35,309 nt of DNA from the NCBI RefSeq assembly GCF_006345805.1, contig NW_021828091.1, forward strand, positions 1 through 35,309. Direction: 5' to 3'. The DNA comes from Octopus sinensis (Eukaryota). A program made the position numbers and the translations under genes. The notes under the pieces were generated by a model. That model had not been told where the DNA came from. It made no database searches and saw nothing but the letters and a program-made list of their open reading frames with translations. Of this stretch, positions 10,880 through 21,239 are shown piece by piece; the first letter of the stretch is position 1; every line of letters starts with the position of its first letter.

Positions 10880-11280
10880 GGCGGTGAGCTGGCAGAATCG
10901 TTAGCACGCCGGGCATTTCATCTGAGTTCTGAGCTCAAATTCCGCCGAGGTCGACTTTGCCTTTCATCCTTTCGGGGTCAATAAATTAAGTATCAGTTGC
11001 ATACTGGGGTCGATCTTATCGACTGGCCTCCTCCACCAAAATTTTGGGCCTTGTGCCTAAAGTAGAAAAAAATCGTTAGCACGCCGGGCAAAATCCATAG
11101 CGGCATTTCGTCCGCCTTCACGTCCTGGATTCAAATTCTGCGTAGGTCGATTTCACCCTTCATTCTTTCGGGGTCGATAAATTAAGTACCAGCTAAATCT
11201 TGGAGTCGATGGAATTGATTTATCACTCCACCACCACGTCCCGAAATTTCTGATCTTGTACCAAAATTTGAACCAGAATA
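10880..11280 (+). mobile_element. Two tandem SINE family A copies
   Basis: Head ggcggtgagctggcagaatcgttagcacgccggg, B-box gagctcaaattcc/gattcaaattc, and body gtcgactttgcctttcatcctttcggggtc. Confidence 0.9.
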
Positions 11281-11424
11281 AAGATCACCTATGGAATCTT
11301 TGAGATGATCTGCAAGTATTTACCATATTAATGGTTATGCAAGGGGAGAGAAAGTGCGAAGAAGAGAGGGGCGAGAGAGAGAGAGAGAGAGAGAGAAAGG
11401 CAGAGAGAAAGAGAGATGAAGGTA

Positions 11425-11762
11425 AAGACAACCTTGGCGGGATTTGAACTCAGAACGTAAAGAACATGAAGAAAAACTGATAAGCATTTTGCCAGACGAT
11501 GCAAACGATTCTGCTAGCTTGCCATCGTAACAGCTGCTCTAATAATCCTTTCTTCTTATAGTCACAAAGCCACTAATTTTGACGGAGCGAGTACCTCGAT
11601 TACACCGACTCCTGCGTTCAACTGGTACTTATTTTGTCGACACCCAAAAGAATGAAAGACAAAGTCGACCTCGGTGGAAATTGGAACTCAGAACATGAAG
11701 ACGGATGAAATGCCGCTAAGCATTTTGTCCGGTGTGCTAACGATTCTGCTAACTGGCCGCCT
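11425..11762 (-). mobile_element. Two SINE family A copies or fragments (reverse)
   Basis: Reverse complements of the family A head and body at 11425-11530 and 11555-11762. Confidence 0.8.
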
Positions 11763-11764
11763 TG

Positions 11765-12180
11765 AATAATGATGATGATGATGATGATGATAATAATAAT
11801 AATAATAATGATGATGATGAATATGATGATGATGAACAACCTAGTGTGCTTATCTTAATGGCATACTAATATATACAGTGAGTTTCTTTGCCCTAGGTAT
11901 CTGGAAGACACTCGGCAAGAAATGGAAACAGAATTGAAATAATAATAATTTTAGTAGTAGTAGTAGTAGTAATGATGATGCTGCTGCTGCTGCTGCTGAT
12001 GATGATCATGATGATGATGATGATGAACAACCTAGTCTGCTTATCTAAATGGCATATTAATATATACAGCGAGTTTCTTTGCCCTGGAAGACACACGTCA
12101 AGAAATGGAAACAGATTTGATATAATAATAATAATGATAATAATAATAACAACAACAACAGCAACAACAACAATCACTAC
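11765..12180. repeat. 191-bp tandem duplication interleaved with trinucleotide tracts
   Basis: gaacaacctagt.tgcttatct.aatggcata.taatatatacag.gagtttctttgccct..ggaagacac..caagaaatggaaacaga starts at 11834 and 12025. Confidence 0.9.
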
Positions 12181-12379
12181 AACACTTCGCTGTTAATCTT
12201 TCCTTGTTAACAATGTTTATCTATTAGATTCCCAGTATTTAATTTATTTATATAATATTCTTATTCATCGTAAATACGTAACTATATTCTTACCAAATCT
12301 TCAACAATAATCTGTCATTCTTCCATGTATCCCTTTATCTATTAGAGACTCAGCTCGCAGTTTTTACACCCGTGAAGCT

Positions 12380-12745
12380 TAGCCGTTACCAAGACAACAC
12401 ATCAATCAGGCTGTTGCTAACCAACCTGCTATCTGCGCGCACCCTTATTTTGACGATGAAGGAACAAACACCACCGTCCAATCTACGCTGCTCCTTCTAA
12501 CCCCCCGGCTCCGCCACCACACTCCGTCTGCAAATAATTTGCTTATACAATCAGTTCTTGTATTCACAAAGGATTTCCAGCATAAGAGAAAAAAGAACCA
12601 GTATCCTGTGACACGGGAGGATGTTTCCGGTGAGACCGGAAACAGTTTTCGCTTCCGTTTCACTGACTCACTGACCTATTGCATATAATAAACAGCAGCT
12701 GGTCGCCATATTGTTTTTCCCTCTGATCTCGTGTTACGTCATTCT
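12380..12745. promoter_or_regulatory. Promoter-like, repeat-free, relatively GC-rich island
   Basis: X-box-like GTTACCAAGACAAC (12385-12398) and GTTGCTAACCAAC (12413-12425); inverted ETS pair gtttccggt-gag-accggaaac (about 12622-12642); YY1-like TCGCCATATT (about 12703-12712); CRE-like TTACGTCA (about 12734-12741). This is motif reading only. Confidence 0.35.
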
Positions 12746-13189
12746 TGGTAACTGAATCTACTCTCTTTACAGATGGTTTTCATAAATAGAAAACAAGAAG
12801 AAAAAAAAATCATGTACCCTTATATATTACATGTGTTCGTTCCACCCTTTTATTGCTGTTGCTGTTTAGCCTCAGGTCAGCCTTGATCAAGCAGACCTAT
12901 GATTAAAGGACATCTAGCCGCGACCAACCCGTTCGTTTTTTTTTTTATAAATATCGAAGGTAGCCGAAGAATACATTGAGCAACGCGCCCGTTTTCTTTA
13001 TGACGATTGGAGTAGGTTTGAAGGTGATTTGGTTGCTACATCTAGCAGGTTCAGCGACCACGTACGGGCTCTGTCGTTGTCTCGGGTTATTGTAGCTGTT
13101 TATGGTAGTTGTTTGTCAGCTAATGATGATTCTGAGAATTGTGTATGTATACACACATACACACACGCAAACACACACACACGCAAACA

Positions 13190-13276
<87 letters not shown>

Positions 13277-13286
13277 ATATATTATA

Positions 13287-13332
<46 letters not shown>

Positions 13333-13337
13333 TTGTA

Positions 13338-13878
13338 TAGAGGGCATTATTACACATAAATGCCTCACACTAACAGGGACAAAGTCATTACTACCAAAAT
13401 TATACTAATCATACCCAAATGCAGTTTTTCAAAGCAAGACATTTAAAAAATGAATTTAGTTCTGTATCACCGTGATTTCACATTCGCAGAACTGATTCTG
13501 AACACATCATAAATAAACTACCAACCTTACGTAGCGAAGACGAACAGACAAATGCTCACTCCGGCCAAGCACATGAATGTTTAAAATCATATATGATATA
13601 TGATTTATAAACATTCCATGTGCTTGGCCGGAGTGAGCAGTTGTCTGTTCGTCTTCGCTACGTAAGGTTGGTAGTTTATTTATGATGTGTTCAGAATCAG
13701 TTCTGCTGATGATCATAAGACGTAAAGTTGAATGTGAAATCACGGTGATACAGAACTAAATTCATTTTTTAAATGTCTTGCTTTGAAAAAATGCATTTGG
13801 GTATGATTAGTATAAATTTTGGTAGTAATGACTTTGTCCCTCTTAGTGTGAGGCATTTATGTGTAATAATGCCCTCTA
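13338..13878. mobile_element. 541-bp fold-back (inverted duplication) element, probably PLE pseudo-LTR-derived
   Basis: The arms 13338-13594 and 13596-13878 are separated by a single base (13595). They differ by 3 substitutions, three 1-nt indels and one 23-nt indel. The left end abuts (TA)n. Confidence 0.9.
13699..13757 (+). ncRNA. Type I hammerhead ribozyme motif in the right arm of the fold-back element
   Basis: Stem I AGUUCUG/CAGAACU is 7 perfect bp. Core CUGAUGA is at 13706-13712 and GAAA at 13736-13739. Stem III is A-UCA(CGG)UGA-U with an AUA triplet ending at 13750. Stem II is CAU/AUG plus GAC/GUU, with a U-U at 10.1/11.1. Confidence 0.7.
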
Positions 13879-14019
13879 ACTATAAATAGATATAATTAAT
13901 TTGTTCAAAAGAAAAAAAATTCTTTTCGAATTCTTCTTTTATGAGGTTTTCACGCTAGCTACCCGATAATTTCTTGTTAAGATCCCTTATTAAGAGATTA
14001 TCCTTACTTGTGTTAAAAT

Positions 14020-14055
<36 letters not shown>

Positions 14056-14071
14056 ATATATATTATATATT

Positions 14072-14108
<37 letters not shown>

Positions 14109-14208
14109 TGATAAAACGGTAAGATAACAAAAGAAAGAAGGAGACCTCAATATTATGTAAATAGAGGAAATTTATTTCTATACAATATGTTACATTACTC
14201 GGTAGTCA

Positions 14209-14271
14209 AGATAAAACTCTGAGTTTCAGATGCCGAAGTGGAAATCCACAACACCATCTCTTCGGTTATCT
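14209..14271 (-). ncRNA. Variant type I hammerhead motif in the PLE-2 3' region
   Basis: AGAUAA-CCGAAGA-GAUG..CAUC-U-GAAA-CU(CAG)AG-U-U-UUAUCU. Stem I is 6 bp; deviations are U4C and an extra U before GAAA. Confidence 0.6.
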
Positions 14272-14467
14272 GGCTATTTGAAAACGTTATGAAAAAATAC
14301 CGTTAAAAATGAAGGGAAATTACTCTGTTATAACTCTGCTTTGCCTGTGTACTTATACATCGCTCGCGCTTTTTTCGTCATAAAAATTATATAAAAATAC
14401 ATAAAAATATATAAAAAATATAAAAAATATATAAAATCTTCTTGGGACATTACACAGAAAGCATGTT

Positions 14468-15070
14468 CTATCCGTTTTCTTTAGGGGACCAAAAACGTAA
14501 CAGAAATTTAGTCACATGTGGGCATGATCCGAAAAGCTCTGTCCTTGTATTTAGACATGTGGTAGGGTCTAAGCTGCTTTTCCAGATAAGCCATCTCTCC
14601 ATGTCGCATAAACCGCACCTTCCGCTGCCGTTGGTATAGGGCTTACATCTGGCCAAAATCTTCCATTGTATGTTATAATCGACACCTTTATCTCTTAAAG
14701 ACCAAATATGATTGGATAATTGTGTCGCTTTTCTTTTGTTCCAGTGGCCTAAAGCTCAAAGTGTGGTTATTGAAACTGGCCTTGAAATACCCTCTGTCAG
14801 GCCCACGTATTTCTTCGTCGAAACGTGGTCTTTAGTGGTTATAGAGTTTACGGTCGCTTCATATATGATGGTCTTGGACATGCAAGCTCCATTTAGCGGG
14901 CACAATTCTTTATTCCTGCATGAACAGCTGTTTTCTTCTTGTGTTTTTTGTATGTTATGATTGATTATGTTTTTAAAATTGGTAGTTGAACTAAAACTAA
15001 TTTTTAAATTGTGTCTATTGAAGAGTTTCCTGTAAGCATGGTTAACTGGAAAATGTCTATCTGTGAGGAC
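14468..15070 (-). pseudogene. PLE-2 RT-thumb/GIY-YIG ORF remnant with two frameshifts
   Basis: Track ORF 14468..14656 is the C-terminus. Upstream frames join through frameshifts near 14790 and 14747. Confidence 0.9.
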
Positions 15071-15099
15071 ACAGATAACAGTACATTATTAAAGAGTTG

Positions 15100-16320
15100 G
15101 GGTGGGTGGATGGGTGGGTGGATGCTCGGTGGTGATGCTCAACCGTAATTGAAGTGAGATGCTGAAGTGATGGTATTAATGAGAACTTGGTGGAAATGGT
15201 GGTGAGGTTGGTGTGTGTTGTGGTTGTTGGTGACGGTCGTGGTAGTGGTGGTAGTGGTGGTAATGATGGTGGTATTGGTGGTGGTGGTGGTGATGGTGGT
15301 GGTAGTGGTGATGATGGTGGTATTGGTGGTGGTGGTGGTGGTGGTGGTAGTGGTGGTGATGATGGTGGTATTGGTGGTGGTGGTGGTGGTGGTGGTGGTG
15401 ATGGTAGTGATGGTGGTAGTGTGATGATGATGGTGATATTGGTGGTGGTGTTGGTGGTGTTGATGATGGTGGTGTTGGTGATGGTGGTGTTGGTGACGGT
15501 CGTGGTAGTGGTGGTAGTGGTGGTAATGATGGTGGTATTGGTGGTGGTGGTGGTGGTGGTGGTAGTGGTGGTGATGATGGTGGTATTGGTGGTGGTGGTG
15601 GTGTTGGTGATGGTGGTGATGGTGGTAGTGTGGTGATGATGGTGGTATTGGTGGTGGTGGTGGTGGTGGTGATGGTGATGATTGCTGCGGTTACAGTAGG
15701 ACGGTGGTCGAGAGTTGTCTTGGTAGCTACAAAAGTTGTAATGGTTATGGTCTTTTGTACTGGTTATTTGTAATAGCTGTGGTGGTGGTAGTGGTGGTTG
15801 TAGCGGTGGTTATGTAGGTTGTAGTGGTTGTGTTTGTGTTGGTAGTTGTACTGGTGATGGCGGTTGTGGTGGTTGTGATGGTTGTGGTGGTGGTGGTGGT
15901 GGTGGTGGTGGTGGTGGTGATGGTGGTGGTAGTTGTATAGGTTGTAGTGGTTGCGTTTGTGTTGGTATTTGCGCTGATGGTGGCGGTTATGGTGGTTGTG
16001 GTGTTGGTTGTAGTGGTTGTTTGTGGTCGTTATAATGGTATTTTGGCGACTGTGTTGGTGTAGTGGTGGTTGTGTCGACTGTTAGGCTCATAGTGGTAGA
16101 TGCTGTGGTAGATGTTGTAGTTGTGGTAGTTGTGTTGGTTGCAGTGGTGTTTGCGTTGGTTGTGTTGGTAGTTGTGATAGTTGTGGTAGTTGTGGTGGTT
16201 GTGGTAGCTGTAGTGGTGGTCGCATTGGTTGTATTGCTTATAGTAGTTGTAGTGATTGTGTTGGCTGTAGTAGGTATGGTAGTTGTATTCATTGTGCTTG
16301 TTATACAATTGTGACAGCTG
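15100..16320. repeat. (GGT/GAT/GTT)n low-complexity tract with internal duplications
   Basis: A ~65-bp block gttggtgacggtcgtggtagt.. is repeated at 15226 and 15489. The tract explains the poly-V/G/T ORFs. Confidence 0.9.
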
Positions 16321-16379
16321 TGGTGTTTATGAAGTTTGAGTCGGTTGCAGTGTTTGTAATAATATTTGCGTCTGTCATA

Positions 16380-16590
16380 AGGCGGCGAGCTGGCAGAACC
16401 GTTAGCACGCTGGACATACTTAGCAGTATTTCGTCTGTCTTTATGTTCTGAGTTCAAATTACGCCGAGGTCGACTTTGCCTTTCCTCCTTTCGGGGTCGA
16501 TAAATTAAGTACCAGTTGGGTACTGAGGTCGATCTAATTGACTGGCCCCCCTCCCCCAAAATTTCGGGTCTTGTGCCTTGAGTAGAAAAT
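16380..16590 (+). mobile_element. SINE family A, full length
   Basis: Runs from ggcggcgagctggcagaaccgttagc through the B-box gagttcaaatt to the tail cttgtgccttgagtagaaa. Confidence 0.95.
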
Positions 16591-16694
16591 ATTTGTGTCG
16601 GTTATAGTGATTTTCGTTATTGTATTGGTTGTGGCAGCCTTAGTGGTGGCCGTGTTGGTCGTAGTTGTAATAATTACAGTTGATGGATGGATAG

Positions 16695-16806
<112 letters not shown>

Positions 16807-16879
16807 TATAATCTATATATATACATATATAATATATATGTCCTATATCATATATATAATATATATATATATATAGGGT

Positions 16880-17247
16880 ACGTGGGTGTGTTGTAAGAAG
16901 CTTGCTTCCCAACCACATGGTTCCGGGTTCAATCACACTGCGTGGCACCTTAGGCAAGTGCCTTCTACTATAGCCTCGGGTCGACTAAGCCCTTGTGAGT
17001 GGATTTAGTAGACGGAATCTGAAAAGAAGCCCGTCGTATATATGTGTGTGTGTTTGTGTGTCTTCGTTTGTCTCCGCCACTGTTGCTTGACAACTGATGT
17101 TTACGTCTCCGGCAAAAAGAGAACGGGGGAATGAGTACTAGACTTGCAAAGAATAATTCCTGGGGTCGAATTGTTCGACTAAAGGTGGAGCCACAGCATG
17201 GCCGCAGTCAAATGACTGAAACAAGTAGAAGGATAAAGAATAAAAGC
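16880..17247 (+). mobile_element. SINE family B, full length
   Basis: tRNA-like head, CORE-like gcaccttaggcaagtgccttc, and tail cagcatggccgcagtcaaatgactgaaac. Confidence 0.9.
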
Positions 17248-17769
17248 ATATACACGGTTTCCACCTATCTAATTATTACACAAGGTCAATTATTATTGGT
17301 CAGCCCGAGGTTATAGAAAACGCATGCCAAGAGGGCTTGAACCTGAAACTCCGCGGCTACTGGAAAGCGAATTTCTTACTCACACACCCACTTCTCAATA
17401 CTTGTCTTTCCCCAGGCGATGGCAACCCACACCCTGTTTACACCCGGTTGCTCCACCTGCGATCGATTGCTTCTAACCCCACTTCAAATACTACCCTACC
17501 ACGTACAGGTTAAACTAATAGTGAATATAATAATATGTTAGAAAAGAAGACGTGATGGTCATAGTTGGAATATCGGTCGAGCGATAAATTTTCGACGCAC
17601 AGTTGTTATCATGGTTTTCGTTACAGGCATTGATCAACTAATTTATAATTGTCATTTCCGTTTATAACATCTAATTCCTCTATGTTCACGGTTCTGTGAA
17701 CAGCCTCTGATTACCAAGTGGAACAGTGAACCGTACTGCTCCCTTCCCCGCTGCCCCCACCAACCCTTT

Positions 17770-17810
<41 letters not shown>

Positions 17811-18108
17811 CACACACACTCTCTCTCTCTCTCTCTCTCTCTTTCCCCCCTCTCTCCCTTTTCCACCCCTCTCTCTCTTTATCACTCCCTTCCTTCCCCT
17901 CTCTCTGTTCCGTTCCCTTCGTATACGCACATCTACGCTCACATAAACCTCCACACATAAATATATCTTTTACATTTTATCGTGTTTTTGTCACTGGGCT
18001 GCGATCATGCTGGGTCATCACTCTGAAGGGTCCAAGTCGAAAGAAATCGACCCCAATATTTATTTATTTATTTATTTATAAAAATCTTATACTTATTCTG
18101 TGCTGTAA

Positions 18109-18370
18109 AGGCGCGCGGCCCAGTGGTTAGGGTTCCGTACTCACGATCGCTAGATCATGGGTTCGATTTCCAGACGGTTGCGGCGCATTGTGTTCTTGAG
18201 CAAAACACTTCATTCACGTTGCTTCCGTCCCCTTTTCGATCGGCGGGGAATGATGGCCTGCTCGCCTAATCACCAGTGTGATGTCATTGGAAGACTAAAA
18301 TGTGATGCAAATGCATTGTGACCAACGATGTGTAACAACTGATAGTCTGGTCGGTTATGTGATCACTTAT
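18109..18370 (+). mobile_element. tRNA-derived CORE-like SINE (family D)
   Basis: Head ggcgcgcggcccagtggttaggg..gggttcgatttcc and CORE-like gtgttcttgagcaaaacactt. The 3' half matches 4138-4257. Confidence 0.8.
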
Positions 18371-18384
18371 TTTATGCATAGCCC

Positions 18385-18900
18385 TCTACACGAGTCCAAT
18401 TTCATCATCTACGCTCCATCATGCATATCAGATAGCAGGATCGCATTCTTGTAAAGGTCATGTAAAGGTCATGCGCCACACTTGGCGCACTTAGTGTGAA
18501 GGCCATCTTTACTTCATCACAGCTGCGCTGGGTGAGACATGTTTGTAGGATGGAGGGCGGCCGGTTCCCAAAGGCATTTTTCTACGCTGGACTGTCAGGG
18601 CAGGAAGAGTCGTGGTGGCCAAAGGTTGCAATACAAAGACGTGCTGAATCACATTAAAAAACTCCGGCATCCCTCCAAGTCCTCTGAGAGGAGAAGGCCC
18701 TGTGGCACGATAAATGGCACCGATCGCCGAAGCTCGTGATTTCAGCCATTGAGGTGAAACAACAGAGAGAATACGAGGGAGCACATGAGATGCTTCACTT
18801 CTCCGCTCGGTCACCTGCAACATATGTCATCGCTGCTGTAGATCGAGAATAGGCCTTGTAGCCCACGCGCGAGTCTGCCAGAGATGATTACTGAACAAAA
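18385..18900 (+). mobile_element. RTE/BovB-type LINE 3' fragment, decayed
   Basis: Frameshifted translation HLRSIMHIR*QDRI..LSVKAIFTSSQLRWVRHVCRMEGGRFPKAFFYAGLS/GRKSRGGQRLQYKDVL..VTCNICHRCCRSRIGLVAHARVC, matching the RTE C-terminal pattern. Confidence 0.85.
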
Positions 18901-18939
18901 ATAATCAACGTCAACGTAGCACTGTAACTACACACGTGC

Positions 18940-19075
18940 TGTTGGCGATTTCTTCCCTCCTTTCAGACGAAGAGCTGTGCTCGAAACGTCAAAAATTCCC
19001 TCTTTTTACTGAGCGTTAAACTAATACGTTCCTTGTTGCTTGTTAATTTTATTATTCATTTATTTGAATTGATTG
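18940..19075 (+). mobile_element. Short repeat with a minimal hammerhead-like motif (copy 1)
   Basis: uuuCAGACGA-a-gagc(ugu)gcuc-GAAA-CGUC-aaa at 18961-18993; homologous to 19690-19850. Confidence 0.6.
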
Positions 19076-19090
19076 TTTATTCGAATTAAC

Positions 19091-19152
<62 letters not shown>

Positions 19153-19153
19153 T

Positions 19154-19205
<52 letters not shown>

Positions 19206-19404
19206 CGATGCAAATAAACAAATAAAACTGCTTTGGTTAGATATACAAAGTATACATACGTGTATACGTGCAAATAGAGAGACAGCAAACTAAATTTTCA
19301 AACGATGACTATTCAAGTATAAATGTATATTTATATATTAACGGGGCAAACTTACACAGCAGAAAAAGCAGAAAATGAAAGGTATGAAGGTATGTTGTTA
19401 CAAG

Positions 19405-19477
19405 TCCGACAACTGTTTCTGGGTGCTCGGAGTTTTTTCAAAATGTTGGCAGATCCGGCCTCCTTCTTCAGTGTGGA
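19405..19477 (-). ncRNA. Degenerate hammerhead-like motif
   Basis: CUGAAGA (19471-19465) and GAAAC-agtt-GUC (19419-19408) are present, but stems I and II are poor. Confidence 0.4.
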
Positions 19478-19689
19478 GAGATAAAAACCTAACATTTCGA
19501 ACTATAATGCAGGGAAATTTAAATGTAGAATGAGTGAAGAAGTAGGCAAGCAGTAGTGAGTGGAGCGAGGAAGTAGGTAGCCCGATGGGTGTGTGTGGAG
19601 TGTTCCTAGCTTCAACACTCCCCATGTCCCCATCGAGCTACCTTAATTTTCTCCTTCCGCATTATATCAGCAATATAACTACATATATG

Positions 19690-19850
19690 CTGTTAGCGAC
19701 TTTTCCCCCTTTCTTTGGAATTTTCTCATTCTCCTTTCCGACGAAGAGCCATGTTCGAAACATCAAAAACTCTCTCTTTTTACAGAATGTCAAACTAATA
19801 CATTCCTTGTGAGTGTCCTCTTGTTGTCTGCTATTGTTCCTTTATTTGAA
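19690..19850 (+). mobile_element. Short repeat with a minimal hammerhead-like motif (copy 2)
   Basis: uuuCCGACGA-a-gagc(cau)guuc-GAAA-CAUC-aaa at 19735-19767; the copy ends at (TA)n. Confidence 0.6.
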
Positions 19851-20396
19851 TTGACTATATATATATTTAATACGCATTTGTAGCTTTTGTACAGAATAGC
19901 TTTTGAATCAGCTAAACCTGCTCCTCTTTGAACTATGTAACTTTTTGAGAGATCCTGTACTCATGGGTAGATATGTATATATTTTGGTAGTTTTGTATAT
20001 ATATATGTAAATGTTGTTCGCGTATATACATATATATATATGTGTGTGTGTGTGTATATTTATATATTTATATGTATGTATGTATATACGCGAACAACAT
20101 TTGTGAAATTATGTAGAGAATTTATTAAAGAACATAACATAATATAGAATAACAGTGAAATATTGATTACTGCGTATTGATACATATTTAAAATAACCAA
20201 ACCTGTATAGTATTTTTCGGAATGATAAATATAATTTTCTTTTTGTTGTAATTTTGGCATTTTTTTATTTCCAACCTCATACTCGCCTTAGTAACTTTCA
20301 TCATGTACATTTTCCAACAAAGCATCCAATAGGAAAAAATCGAAAATTCATACATACAAACAAAAATGTAATTATCATACAGTTTAGTAAACCACC

Positions 20397-20428
20397 TGCC
20401 GTCGTTATTGACGGCACGGTAACTCTAG
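20397..20428 (+). mobile_element. Helitron-like 3' terminus (different family)
   Basis: Hairpin tgccgtc-gttatt-gacggca, then 8 nt, then CTAG|T. The 5' end was not located. Confidence 0.5.
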
Positions 20429-21031
20429 TATACCTTAAGAATGATACATAAACGACTATTTTAATTGAATACTGCTCCGACCGGGTACACTGGATTAGAA
20501 ACTCTACCTATTTTTCAATCAATTTTCTGAGAGACCAGCATATCGATCCGCACATTGCTATTGATTAGAAATAACATAACATGCAGCAAATTCAACTTGA
20601 TTTTCTTTTACTTATTGAAGATTTTTCCAAATACAGATTTTTATCTTGCAAATTCTTTTTATCTCTTTGCTGTCATCGCATTGATTCGTAATAATACTTC
20701 CAAGACAGCAAATATTAGACACTACTTCAACAGTTTGATTATCAATTCTTAGAAAACGAGTGTTTCTCTGTCATAAAAAAAAAATGGTATTTTTATTAAT
20801 AACAGTGGTTTTGCGGCAGGAAAACAATATTTCTTTTTACCTTGAGCTCTCCGACACATGCCACTCCCGTGCGCAGGCCGCTTACGAGGCAGACCCCACT
20901 CAAGCGCAGCAGGGGACTCCAACGGCGGACCTGGGGCAAATTGGCCGCGCATCAGGACCCCTACTGCAGCCACCTCCCCAGAACCTAATCCCAACGCCTA
21001 GCAACCTATTTTCTAACACACGCACGCACAC

Positions 21032-21083
<52 letters not shown>

Positions 21084-21120
21084 GCACGCACACACACACA
21101 CACACACACGCGCGCACACA

Positions 21121-21151
<31 letters not shown>

Positions 21152-21239
21152 TCACACACACTATATTACGTGTAATAATCCAAGGGAGATTTTTCCTGCA
21201 ATCTTAACGTGGATAGGCAGCGGTTAAGCAAGGACCAGC

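Larger units (their letters stand above)
14108..15075 (-). mobile_element. Penelope-like element 3' fragment (PLE-2), probably Hydra-clade type
   Basis: The minus strand reads DRHFPVNHAYRKLFNRHNLKISFSSTTNFKNIINHN..CSCRNKELCPLNGACMSKTIIYEATV..KKYVGLTEG/FKASFNNHTLSFR/HWNKRKATQLSNHIWSLRDKGVDYNIQWKILARCKPYTNGSGRCGLCDMERWLI. The 3' end abuts (TA)n. Confidence 0.9.

Noticed and set aside
13338-13878. Plain Tc1/mariner MITE because of terminal TA dinucleotides
   Set aside because: Not excluded but disfavoured: there is no spacer, the arm contains an HHR, and the terminal TA is shared with the adjacent (TA)n tract.
14468-15070. Selenocysteine-recoding (Naiad-type) PLE
   Set aside because: The endonuclease is C-terminal, and I saw no in-frame TGA at Cys positions or any SECIS-like element.
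15187-16559. Gly/Val/Thr-rich ORFs resembling mucins or glycine-rich proteins
   Set aside because: They are (GGT/GTT)n low-complexity DNA open in several frames on both strands, with no splice or domain evidence.
20749-21227. ORFs over a GC-rich patch (20830-21000)
   Set aside because: No recognisable domain; the patch resembles the GC-rich subterminal region of a non-autonomous DNA transposon, and the plus ORF runs into (CA)n.
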